DNA from: Paragordius varius
Lineage: Eukaryota; Animalia; Nematomorpha
Assembly: GCA_964247055.1 (NCBI GenBank)
Contig: OZ176051.1
Coordinates: 6,696,001 to 6,760,000, forward strand
Direction of reading: 5' to 3'
Length of the DNA: 64,000 nucleotides
The notes under the pieces were generated by a model. That model saw only the letters and a list, made by a program, of their open reading frames with translations. It searched no databases and had not been told where the DNA came from. This document shows positions 14,501 through 25,816 of the stretch, piece after piece (positions within the stretch are counted from its first letter, which is position 1; each line of letters starts with the position of its first letter). A program made the translations under genes and the position numbers.

Positions 14501-17500
14501 ATTCCTCAAGGTATACTCCTTATGTTAATGATATGATGATAATAACGGAAAAAGCTGAAAATATGAGTGTACCTATGGAATCAACATCAATCAATAGTAT
14601 CAATATGTCATTGGAAAAAACTACATCACCATCTATGATTTTGGAACAATCAACCGATTTTGCTACTGAACTATCTTCTGTCATTAAATACCAAGATAAT
14701 TCATCAATTACACCTTCATACCTTTCTTATATAACAATAGAAGCCGACTCATCAGTAATCTTAAAAAATGATTCTAAAAAATTAACTGATCTTTTCACAG
14801 AATTGCCAGGATCGACAACAAAGGCTCTTCCACTCTCATTAGAAAATATGACAGATTATGAGGAACCCTCGTATTTACTTGGAAATATTACAGATCAATG
14901 GATTGCTTCTCAAAATACAACCTCGTTTTCCACCACTATTTCGACCGACTTCCCAAAAACATTTAGTACTTTAATATCCCCTACTTCTCCTGATGTATTG
15001 TCTACATCATACCTATATGAAACACCTTATCTTTCCACCCCAAAAGATTTCCCTTCTTTGACAACAGCTAATTTAACAACTTTTGCTTTCACGCCATCCG
15101 CCTCTTCCCTAGATAAACTAAACAATAACACCACAACCATTGAATCTTTTTCAGATATTTTAGAAATGGATACTGTACTTAGAGGCACAGAATTTTTGAG
15201 TACACCATCAGAATCCAAAGAAAAAATAATTACCCAAGAAATATCTGAAAGAACAACACCTGAACAAAAGGATAATTATACCAAAGCTGTTGATCGCCAA
15301 CAGCAAGCAACAAAAATCAATTACGGTGTATTATTAAAATCCGAAAATGCTTTAGAACAAAATAATTTTACATTAAAAGATCTACAACTAAATCCTGATA
15401 ATAATATAGTAGATACGACAATCAAAGTAAAAAATTATGATGAAATAACGGAAAAAACCATTGATCTGACAACGGATATAGAGAGGTCCCATTTTACCGA
15501 TGTACATGCTTTAAAATCTCACGATTATAATGATTGGATTAACAATTCAGATCCCGTGGAAGCGAATATTAATTTAGAACTCAATAATGTTAAACTAATA
15601 ACCGAGAATATAGCAACAATTCCGATTCTCAGTAAAATAAATCAAACTGTTTTACCAAATTTAAGCAAAGGTAACGACGATGATTTATATATGGAATCAA
15701 CTGTACATTCTAATGCGCTCTCTAGAGAGAAGACAACTCCTTTTCTAAATTTAACCGACTTTTTTGGAATCAATAAAACTATAATACCGATTTTAACTAA
15801 AAACTACTTTAACAATCAGACAACAACGGCACAAACAACTTTTAATTTAGATCTCTTTGAAGGACAATCAGATACAGAATATTTCGATTTGGATTCTGCT
15901 AAGCCCAAACAATCAAATGTAACAGAAAAAACAATGGATTATAATATAACTAAACAATTGCCATATTTATTAGATAAAGATGAATATACGAAAACAACAA
16001 CTGATATAAATCTCTTTACAGAACAATCTAAAGTAACGATAGAAGAAAAAAGCTTTGATTATATGATAGGAGCGAATATGATAACACCAAATAATGACAG
16101 TAGTTCCATATTTAAATCAACCAAATCTTCTGTAAAAACAACTGAACTTTTTAACCCTAAAGAACAATCAATAAAAATGACACCCAATGATGTTTTACCA
16201 ATCATGACGATTTTTGATCAATCAAGCATGTCTGTTATAAAGAATAATATAACAGAAGTATAGATATTAGAAATAACTTTATTATTTTGAAGGGTAATAA
16301 AATAAGCTTTGTTAGTTATAATCTAATAACATCTTGCACTGATAACTTTTTGTAAATTTTTTAAAATAAAGGTGTAAGATATGATAAAATTTTGATTTAT
16401 TATTAAATGAATGAAAATATCTTATAGTAATAAAAATGAATATTTGAATATGTTAGTATTCAAAAATACTTAAAAATTGAACATTTCAATATATAAGGCA
16501 TAAATATGCTTGAAGAAATTTTATGACCATTTTAAAGTCCTAATAAATATACACCATGTTTTGATTTTGCGTTTAAACGTTTTTAAAGAGCGTTTTTTTA
16601 ATCAGAGGGTATCCTGGTTAGACAAATCGGACATTAGACACAAGAGTAAAAATTAAAAATATACATATAAAACGTAAAAATATAAAGCCAATTATTATTT
16701 TCAAAAGACATCTATACATTTTCTAAACCCATACAAATTATAGAATTACAATTTTATCTGTTGGATTATACGTTTCTATATCATACTTTGCAATTTTATT
16801 TAAAAAAAGATTTAAAAAGTATCGTTGTCTTTTAGAAAATTTGTCCTTTTTTTACGTATTGTCCGTTAATTTTTACAGTAAAACATGCTTAACAGCTGAT
16901 AAAATTTGGCAACTTTTAAAACAGGAACCAAAAGGTTCATTAATATAATCATAAGTAATAGATGTAAGTTGAAACATCCAACTTAACTAATTTAAATGAA
17001 GCGTTTTTGGTGTTTTATTAATTTAGCTAGTAAAATATTTCAAACTTCTTGGATGAAAATAAGCTTTTAATCATTTTTTTAATATAACATACAAAAAATT
17101 ATTTTAAGGTATATGTTATGGTTTATAATAATAAAACTTATGAATTACTTATTATGGTAACCAATATTAAAACTTTTAACTACGCCATTAATCTCAACTT
17201 TACTCATTTTAAATAGGATACAATAATAAAATTTTACTCATAAAAATATAAAAAAATGTAATTTTACGGTATAAATTTTAACCAAGCAATAATTTTAAAA
17301 AAAGGGTTTTAATAACTTTCTGGTTATGAAATGCGTATTTGAAGATAAAAATAAAAAAATAATCCATAAAAAATTATCAATATTTCCTAAATCACTAACT
17401 ATTTATATTCGATAACTTTATAATTTTAGTATTGGTAAACAAATTAGACTTAATTCACCGTTTTGCAATCAGAAAGTAAGGTTAAAAAACCAACATCTTT

Positions 17501-20500
17501 TACGCATGGAAAAAAAAAGTCAACAACTCCTTTTAAAGATTGATATTTATTACAAAAAATATTAATCCATATAAATAACATTTAGTGTTTTTTATAGATA
17601 TATTATTAAGCATCCCTGAAACTTTAAAAATATGGCTGATAGTGATGATGAAAAAAATATGATTTAGGGTTTTATATGGTGCCCACACACACATGGTACG
17701 AATCAATTCTCGACTTTAAAACTTCGCCTTCCATTATTTTATTGAAATAATATTTAAATTTGTTCTATTAATATTATGTTTAGAAACCAAAATTTAAAAA
17801 TCAAATGCTCCTAGAAAAACCAAAAGATTCCAAGACATTTATTATTATGGTATTCTTTCACTATCATTTAGAATTTCGTATATAAGATTTTATAAATTTG
17901 TTTTAAATAATAATAATGGATATGAAAGGAAGAATCTGCTATAAAAATATTTTTGCATTTTAAGATATCTATAATGGCAAGCATCGCGGGCTTCTTAACA
18001 ATCTTAATTGTTTGCGCGATAACATATGGAGTTATGTCCCGACGAAAACACATGACATATAAGAGCCAAACTATTTCGGAAAAGGTTTTGTACTTATTTA
18101 AATTTAAAATACGATCAATATAAAGCTTTATTTTGTTCAATCTTTATAGGGCTTGGGACGCGAGCCTAAATTAGAACCGGTTCCAAAACGGTTAATTTCA
18201 ACACTGTTCCGGTTCTCATAAACGGTTCTGATTCCAAGCCCTTCTTTTAATATATAAAAACCGTTTAAAATAATTCACCTCTGATGTACTCTGGATTTTA
18301 CATTTACGCAAAACACTAAATTATTTTAATACCGCAATCCATGCCGTACATTGTTTATTGGTAAAGTTCGATAAGAGTTTTTATATGATACGGTACATTT
18401 AAATTTGTTTTGAGTTACTTTAGCTAACAAATTAAGGATTCGAAAAAGGGTCGATTAACATGTAATTATACCTCAAAGCAGATAAGGCTTTACTTGCTAT
18501 ATAACAACCTATGTCCTTTCATTTTTATTATTTTTATTTTGTATATTCATAGGTGTTTAACAGCGCAGATCTGGGAATGAGTGAGTCTGCTGTTGGGACC
18601 TATTTTCCTTTTAGGCATCCAATAACAGTTAGTTATTCACATGATTAAAATATATTATTTATTAAATTACAGTAAAGAAATTTAAAAGCAAACATAATTT
18701 AAAAAATTTGTCATATTAATTCATTTGTCTTGCAATATTTCAATATTTTAATTGGGTAAAAGGGTATTTGCATGTCTATTGGTATGTATTTGATTTATCA
18801 TTTTTTGTTGCATTTAAATAATTGCAAAATATATCATTGTCAACAGGCATAATTCTATTTTTTCTCCTTTAAATCCAATTTAATATGAAATAATACAGTA
18901 TGAGTAAGTATACATTGCTAGAAAGTTATTAATTATTGCGAAAAAAATAAAAGGCAGTATTATTGGCTAATAATATCAAAAAGTAAAAAAAATAATTAGC
19001 CAATAATACTGCCCTTTGTTGTATTCAATATTTGGCAATAATTAATAACTTTCTAGCAATGTATACTTACAACTGTGAAAGAAATCTCAACACCTAGAGA
19101 TGTTAACTGAATCTCTTTTTAGCCAAATAAAATATCCAAATGGCAATTCATTACTGTACAAGCTTTTTTAATTATATGCCTCTATTCCTTTTTGTAACCA
19201 TTTTTATTTTACTTTTCTAGTATATCCAAACATATCCACAAACAAATATGAATAATAATAATGTGAAAAATAATCTAATTCCTTGCAATAATAAAGATGA
19301 TGATACTCATACCAATATAAATATCGATCCTACGACTCTCAATACTTTTTCAGCTGGTTCTCTAACTGCCAAAAATATTGATCCAGAAACTGAGAGTAAG
19401 AAAAATTTTTTAAGTGTTATAGATTAACTATTAAATGTTGTGTTATGTATAAATCTAATAAAAATTTGTTATTATGCTGTACAATATCTTAATTTACATA
19501 TCTATATATATAGAGTATACCTAATATATCGCGTTTAAAACATAAATTTCTCATATTAAAAAGAGTTTCATTTAAGAGGTAATAAAATATAATTTTACAA
19601 AACACACAATATGGAATATATATTGTTTTGCCATGCAATTCGACGCAAAAAAAGATCTATCGGCTTAGTTTTTGATTTAGGAAATTTTCATGTCCAAAAG
19701 AAGGGATCGATTCCTAAATATGCACCAAAATTTTCAATCACATTCGGGTAAAAAATCACTCATTCAATGATAGAGGTTTTTTTCTGTATTATAGAAAAGG
19801 TAGTGTTATAAATTACTCTCTAGTACCAATTATTAATAAAATTTTTTTTATAATGGTCTTAACTATACATTGGGTATATATAATATGTATAATAAATATA
19901 TGATGTTTAAATAAAAATTTAAATTTATCGTTAACCAGTTTTATGATTCAAAATTGACTCCAAAATGCGATTTTTTAGCTTTGATTGTAACTGAGTCTAG
20001 GATCATCCGAAGAAATGTAAAATTACTTATAATATTTTGCGTTTAGTATTGTTTTTATGGCATAATCAATATATTTATAAAAATGGAAAGTGGAGGCGTT
20101 GTCTATTTCCGGAAAACCGGTTGACCCATTCAAATCCAAATGTCGACAAAAAAAATATAATCATTAATGAATGCCCCGACAATAGCTTCGCTCGTTTTTT
20201 GAATTAGGCCCAGAGTTCGGGCCGACCCCGCAAAAAGAATCACAAACATTGTGACTTTGAGACAATTATCCGGAAAACATGTTGAACCATTCGATTTCAA
20301 ATATGATTTTTTTTTCGATTGCGCCGAACATAGTAGGCTCGCTTGTTTAATTTAGGCCCTCTTTTTAACCGCTCACCCCATAAAATGCCATTTTTTTTCA
20401 AAAAATCCAAGTCCACAAATTTTTTTTTGAATCTATATTTCGCCCAAAGATACCCGCTAAAAACTGACCCGTCATATCGGAATAGCGTGCCTTTGGGGAT

Positions 20501-23500
20501 AAATTAAAACCTATCAGGCCATATGAGTTCAATAGATGCTTAAAATATTACCCTAACAAGGCATAAATTTGGTTCGTGCGGTTTTTTAAAATACGCCGTT
20601 AATTAGGCCCTTTACACCCTAAATATGCGCCACCAGCGATTTTCAGTTTTGAGGCAATCTTTCCAAAACTAATTAGAGCATATGGAATCAATCATGATTC
20701 CAAGCATTCTCCGTAAAAGGCAGAAATTTTAAATAAGCGGTTTTTGCATCAGCTTCTGGGTAGGGAGCTACCCGTCTAAAACTGCACCATCGTATCGAAA
20801 TTGCGTTGTTAGGAGCTAATTTTCAGAAAACTTATCACATATAAGTTTAATAAGGGCCTGAAATGTTACCCGTAAAAAGTCAAAAATTTAAACCGATCGG
20901 TTATTTTAAATAAACCGTTAATTAGGCCCTTTAAGCCCTAAAAAATGCGCTATCATTGAACTATTTAGTTTTGAAGCCATTCTTCCAAAAACTATTAAGA
21001 ACATATGGAATTAATAATGATTCTTCCAGGTATTCCCCTATAAAGGCAAAATTTTTTATCGAAAGTCTTTCTTATAATGGCCTTTGGGTAGGGGGCTACC
21101 CGCCTACAACTGCGCCACCATATCGATACCGTGACTTTGGAGACACATTTTAGAAAAATTATCAGGATATATGGGTTCAATATGGGCTTGAAATATTACC
21201 CGTAAGGCAAAGTAGAGCAGTTTTTACCCCTTAATTAAGCCCTTGCTTGAAAAATACGCCACCATAGAATGACTTTGGTTTTGAGGCAATTTTTCAAACC
21301 CAATGTAATCATAATTCCAGTTATTACCCGAATTAAGTCAAAAATTTTGATTGAGCGTTTTTTTGTTTCGCCCCTGGTTAAGGGTCTACCCGCGTAATAT
21401 ATGATACAGCTTGCCTTTGGAGCCAAATTTGAGAAGACCTATGAGACTATGTGAGTAAGGGCCTAAAATATTTATTACCCCTTAAAAAACAAATATTTTA
21501 GTATAGGGGGTTATTTCAATAGGTCGCAAAGTAAAGTTTTACGCCCTGAAAAATGTGCCTCCATCGAACTATTTAGTTTTGAAATCATTCTCCAAAAACT
21601 ATTAAGAACATATGAATGAATGACGCCAGGTATTCCCGATATAAAGGCAAAAGTTTTGCCCAACGCTTTTTTTATACTGCCCCTGTGTAAGGAGCTACCG
21701 GCCAAAAACTGCGCTACTATATAGAAATTGCGATGTTTTGGAGCTACTTTACAGAAATATTATAAAGCCATATGAGCTCAAAAAAGCTTGAAATATTACC
21801 CGTAACTAGGTAAAAATTATAGGTCAGGCGTTTTTTTATTAGCCGTTAATTTGGGCTTTTATGCCCTAAAATACGCCATCATATAACGATTATTTAGTGA
21901 TAAGGTATTTTTTCGAAAAACCCATGAGGCGATGGTATCAAAGATAATTCAAAATATCCTATAAAGGCAAAGAATTTACTTAGCGCTTTTTCCATATAGG
22001 TCTATGGGTTGGGGTCTACCGGTTTAAAAGACGCCATGCAAAAATGTCGTGGTTTTAGAACAAATTAAAAAAATTTAGAAGCCATACGCATATAGGCTTT
22101 AAATAATACCCAAAAAGTAAAAATTATAGTATAGCGGTTTTTTCCGTTAGCCGTCAATTTGGGGCCTTTACACTAGTAAATACATAGTTATGAAAATTCT
22201 ATGAAGCACCGTTTGGAAAATCCTATGAGATCATAACTATTAAATGTTTCCGATTTATCCACACACATGGATCATAATTTTGTTGATCCCTTTTTTCGAA
22301 TAGCCCCCCCCTTTCCCAAGAAGTCCGAAGGACTTCCTCAGGCTGCGTAACAGCCTGAGATTTACGCTAGTAACAAATAAAATTTAGTTGTGTTTTCCTC
22401 TTTTGTATGATTAACATATGTGCGATAAAAATGCAATTTTCGATTTGGCTAATATGGGAAATATTCAAATAACTTTTATTTTAGTATTTAAACCGCATTT
22501 ATTTTAGTCAATTGAATAAAATATGATTTATAATATATTTTTGACCACCATTTTTTCCGCAATGTTATAATATATATTATTAGGAGTAAAAAAAATATCA
22601 AAGAAATTACCACCTGGAACCTTTAGTCCTGGGTATCAAACAAAAAAGAATAAACAGACAGAAACAGAAGCTAATGAAAATCAGACTTGTTTATCAATGG
22701 AAGAACTTATTCAAAACGATGAAGGTTTATGTCGAAACATAATTTTGTTTCACAGTATGCCCATTTATATTGGCAATTCACATTGTTATTGGCCAATTGG
22801 CAATAGAATAGATTGGGGGATAATAAAACGTGGTTGAAACCAAAATTTTTTCATATCTTACTATAATAAATTCTTTTATTTAATTATGGAAAAATTTGTT
22901 TTATACAATACGATACTCTTTTACCAATTGGCCAACAATAAATGTGATACTCTATATTAACGTATATATTTGGTATAATATACCATTTACAGTTCAAATT
23001 TACCCTATAACAATTCAAATTTATTCTTGAACATATCAAACTCACTCTTGAACAATTCAAATTCACCTAAAAATAAATTATGAGTTTTGAATAACACTAG
23101 TCGACAAATTTGGACATTTTTAAGCACCACCACTCAAACTTTTTAAATTATGACTAATTTCAGTGTTTTAAAACCGAATTTGAAAAAAGTTTTGATCCCG
23201 CCAATCAGAATTTTGAAATTTTATAGGTTTTTCAATTTTTCAAAAACAAGAGAAAATCGAGAGAAAATTAAATATAATTTTATAATAAAATGTTATTATA
23301 TTATAAACTTGAATATCATTTAATAAAGCGTTTTAAACTCTATCTTTTGAATATAAATATGTCATTTAAATATCAGAGAGAAAAAAATAGTACGGACTTA
23401 AACGTCAAAATTTAGTCTTTTTTTTCAAGTGAATTTTTAACACATATAAATTTTTTTTAAAAAAATACTAAAAAAGGCATTCTATGGTTTAAACCTTCGG

Positions 23501-24686
23501 CTTTCAGATAGGCTATATTTTTTTTGTTGGTTTTCGTTTTTCGAGTACTTATTAGACTTTTTCTCTTGAGTTGGTTCTTATAAAAAATCCTTTATTTATA
23601 CCTAGTAGATATACCTTATTTTTTTAAAATTATTGGTTGTTTTGTATTTTAAATTTCAGATGGATGTTGTGTAGCCACTTTTAGTAGAATTTACTGTTAT
23701 GGGGTTGGACCATTGTATTTACCTAATTTATATTCAATTTAATTGTAGAATTTATCTAACTTTATTCTGTAAATTGGTTAATTTGACATGTCAATTTGCC
23801 ACGATTTTGCTTGCAAGTCTCTCTTATCGGACTTTACGATTACTTATTGTTATCTTTGCCATATCTGGCATAATTATAGGATCGTTTGGGGGATATGCAG
23901 AGCTTGTGCAGCCGCCCATATCTATCACACTATATATAAGCCCCTTTTAGATTTTTAATACTTTGGCTCTTAGATTGTTTAGTATCTTATTTAATGCCTA
24001 GAATTTGTTATCCATGCATGGAATATTACTTGTATCGACTTGCTTGTTTGAATATTTAAACATATGTACACGAGGAATGATTGTTATTTTTGAATTAAAT
24101 ACAAATTTAAAAATTAAATTTTGGAAAAATCCTATTGGTGGCCTCAATTTTCTTTTTTGTTTTGGCCTTTCCATGCCATTAGGTATCGGAAAATGCAAAA
24201 ATAATGGGGTGGTGCAAAACCTTGTTGACCAGTGTAATATAACTCATTATTAATATAAAATATATCTTTATGGCATAATTTATGGCATTTTCAGTATTGT
24301 TTTAATTTAATTTTTATTTTATAAAAATATAGGTAATTTTTAATCTTAAAAAACATATAATTTATTTAAGATAGAATTGTTCGAGGTGAATTTAAATTGT
24401 TCAAGGGTGAATTTGAATTAGGGTAAATTTGAATTGTAAATATTTATTATCATAAAATTAATGAATAAAATATCATACAATTAATTTATATTTAGAATCA
24501 AGCCCTGAAATATTTCCAAGAAAAAACTCAAAACTTCGAAATTCTCCCTGTTTGAGAGAGGGCTCATCTATTGATAAATCCTTGAATATTGACCCGGAGA
24601 TAAAGAGAAAAAGCAGCTGTTCCAAATCACCTGATTTATCATCTAAAACTAATGATTCAAATTATAATATTTACGCAAACACTTAA
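2595..24686 (+). CDS. Multi-exon gene for a type-I transmembrane mucin-like (Ser/Thr-rich) protein, ~1,285 aa in the minimal model
   Basis: Phase-consistent GT-AG exon chain: 2595-2658, 4223-4338, 4814-5024, 5499-5540, 5624-5715, 6749-6812, 8163-8276, 8673-8798, 12998-13108, 13964-14031, 14113-14152, 14216-16257, 17784-17849, 17965-18084, 18553-18627, 19221-19395, 22584-22724, 24496-24686 (3858 nt, ends in TAA). Exon 1 gives a signal peptide (MFLIIWLLPFIAQVWA-QMPTG). Exons 13-14 give TFIIMISIMASIAGFLTILIVCAITYGVM followed by the basic stop-transfer SRRKH. The ectodomain is T/S/N-rich. Extra small exons are possible at 16.6-17.5 kb. Confidence 0.75.
3442..4005 (+). mobile_element. MITE family A, copy 1 (TA-flanked, 21-bp subterminal repeats)
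   Basis: Terminal inverted repeats tatactatttgcacttcaagagtgt ... acactcttgaagtgcaaatgatata, with tandem TTGAACAyTTCAAGTTGGTCC units inside both ends. The interior is homologous to 46046-46721 and 46837-47412. Confidence 0.9.
6991..7381 (+). mobile_element. MITE family B, copy 1
   Basis: TIRs tataccatttacagttcaaattcaccc ... gggtgaaattgaattgtaaatggtata, with tandem 21-bp TTGAACAATTCAAATTCACCC units at both ends. Confidence 0.9.
10190..11662 (+). pseudogene. Degenerate mariner transposon (Mos1/mauritiana-like), split by a hAT insertion
   Basis: Fragments translate to MSN(F)VPVKE, TMLCVWDQSGIV, HALIEKYPE*AR and, after the hAT insert, a frameshifted HDNA..HTAK-like segment, PHPP and RKCVDADVKYFE* (compare Mos1 KCVASDGKYFE*). 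The 3' end tgatacatctgg|TA resembles a mariner terminus. Stops, frameshifts and deletions are numerous. The start coordinate is approximate. Confidence 0.85.
10666..11297. mobile_element. Non-autonomous hAT element inserted in the mariner relic
   Basis: Ends tagggttgtg ... acaacccta, with an exact 8-bp TSD GCCAGAAA (10658-10665 and 11298-11305). It has subterminal gaccatggtc palindromes and the same termini as 35645-37034. Confidence 0.9.
12419..12690 (+). mobile_element. MITE family B, copy 2 (shorter)
   Basis: Ends tataccatgtacaattcaaattcaccc ... gggtaatttgaactctaaatggcata. The interior is homologous to 6991-7381. Confidence 0.8.
13150..13835. mobile_element. CACTG-ended, TA-flanked non-autonomous DNA transposon (EnSpm/CMC-like)
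   Basis: Termini (t)actgtg ... cacagtg|TA. Subterminal inverted repeat gagatagcttatgacctgtgaattcatttgccgcaaaaattt versus aaatttttacggcaaatgaatacgctggtcatgagctatttc. Confidence 0.7.
14216..16257 (+). CDS. Large 2-kb mucin-like exon (exon 12 of the gene above)
   Basis: It matches the 689-aa ORF in the track. A stop-free 2-kb frame in DNA this AT-rich is unlikely by chance. It is very rich in Thr/Ser with many N-x-S/T sequons. Acceptor tacag at 14211-14215; donor gtatag at 16258. Confidence 0.9.
18147..18243. mobile_element. ~100-bp hAT-like miniature element
   Basis: Ends tagggcttggga ... tccaagccct, with internal aaccggtt/aacggtt motifs. No clean TSD was found. Confidence 0.5.
18896..19075. 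mobile_element. 180-bp hairpin MITE (Tc1/pogo-like CAGT end)
   Basis: TA|cagt ... actg termini. The arms gtaagtatacattgctagaaagttattaattattgc and gcaataattaataactttctagcaatgtatacttac are exact reverse complements, and there is a second internal inverted pair. Confidence 0.8.
19501..22370 (+). mobile_element. Non-autonomous Helitron carrying a tandem array
   Basis: The 5' end A|TCTATATATATAG is at 19501. The 3' end has a GC-rich hairpin ctcaggctg-cgtaa-cagcctgag (22337-22359), followed 7 nt later by CTAG|T (22367-22371). There are no TIRs or TSD. The 5' boundary is less certain than the 3'. Confidence 0.7.
20085..22200. repeat. Diverged tandem array, ~310-bp period built from ~150-bp subunits
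   Basis: The marker ttaattaggccc (and variants) recurs at 20599, 20918, 21231, 21846 and 22154. Two ~145-bp related units precede it at 20085-20360. The boundaries are approximate. Confidence 0.85.
22979..24441 (+). mobile_element. MITE family B, copy 3, interrupted by a CAC-ended element
   Basis: The left end taccatttacagttcaaatt is at 22981. The family-B interior stops at 23094 and resumes at 24238, followed by right-end 21-bp repeats to ~24441. Confidence 0.8.
23095..24234. mobile_element. 1.14-kb CAC-ended element with 3-bp TAA TSD (CMC/Chapaev3-like, non-autonomous)
   Basis: TIR cactagtcgacaa ... ttgttgaccagtg. TAA is duplicated at 23092-23094 and 24235-24237. The empty site (taatataactc) is seen in family B copy 2. 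Confidence 0.75.
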
Positions 24687-25698
24687 ATTTGATTGCGCCA
24701 TAGTTTAATAGTAGGTTATTATTAATATTGCTATTATATCCTTTTCTGCCATTTTTTAACAAACTTATATTATAGCATATTACAGTGTTTTACTTTCAAA
24801 ATCAAAAAATCTCTCATTTATTAAGCACATCATATAAACTTTCCCTTTTTTAAAACTAAGTAAAAGCTGATTCCCATTTATTATCGTTTTCTCCTCTATG
24901 GATTGAGCAGTTTTTATGAATTATAATAAAATTACACTTTTAGTAATAAATTTTAAGTTATAATATTGCTATATCAAATATAAGTTTTGGAAACGCGCTA
25001 AAATAACATATAGTCTATTTAGAATAGATGAATGCATGATTATTAATTAAACTAACCACTATATTTTCTTATCCTATATCTTCTTACACATGAAACGTTA
25101 CAATTTTTCCATATTTGGTTTTATATCTGCAATACATTAAAATTTTGCCATATAATATTGTTTATAAGTCTAGATTTTATACAGCAAGATCCATATTATT
25201 GGTGTAAGTCTTTAATTTGGCGCATTAAAAAATTCTGTTTTAAGCGAATTGAAAGTTTGCATGCGGAAATTAATTTTTACCAATAATATGGATTTATACT
25301 GTAATATGATTATATCAGTATTTTATGTTTATGTTAAACTCACTTTTAAATAAATGTAATCATTTTTTGCATTTATAGAAAGTAGTTAGCGTGATTTGAT
25401 ATATATATTCTGCGAATAATATTTGTTTTTGTCGATCACCACTTTTTAGCCTTAAAAGCATTGGGCTGAAACTTTACTTTTATTTAGCAATTGAATCCTT
25501 TGAAATTGCGTCTAAAGCAGTATATAACACAATATTCCCTATCCAGGGAATAATTAAAAGACCGAACTATCGTTCTAACCCGAAAACAGCTAAAACAAAT
25601 ATTGATTTATACAGTGTCTTAACTTGGGCGAATTACTTCAAAGGTACATTCCTTTTATATGGTGGTATAAAGACATAGACTGATGTGAATTTAAGTCA

Positions 25699-25816
25699 GT
25701 AAGATAGTAAGACGGTAAGACAGAAAGATAGTAAGACGGTAAGACAGTAAGACGGTAAGACAGTAAGATAGTAAGACAGTAAGATAGTAAGACAGTAGGC
25801 ATAAGACAGTAAGATA
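25699..25816 (+). repeat. 8-bp minisatellite (GTAAGAYR)n in the left foldback arm
   Basis: About 14 units of gtaagata/gtaagacg/gtaagaca. The mirror copy is at 27189-27298. Confidence 0.95.
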
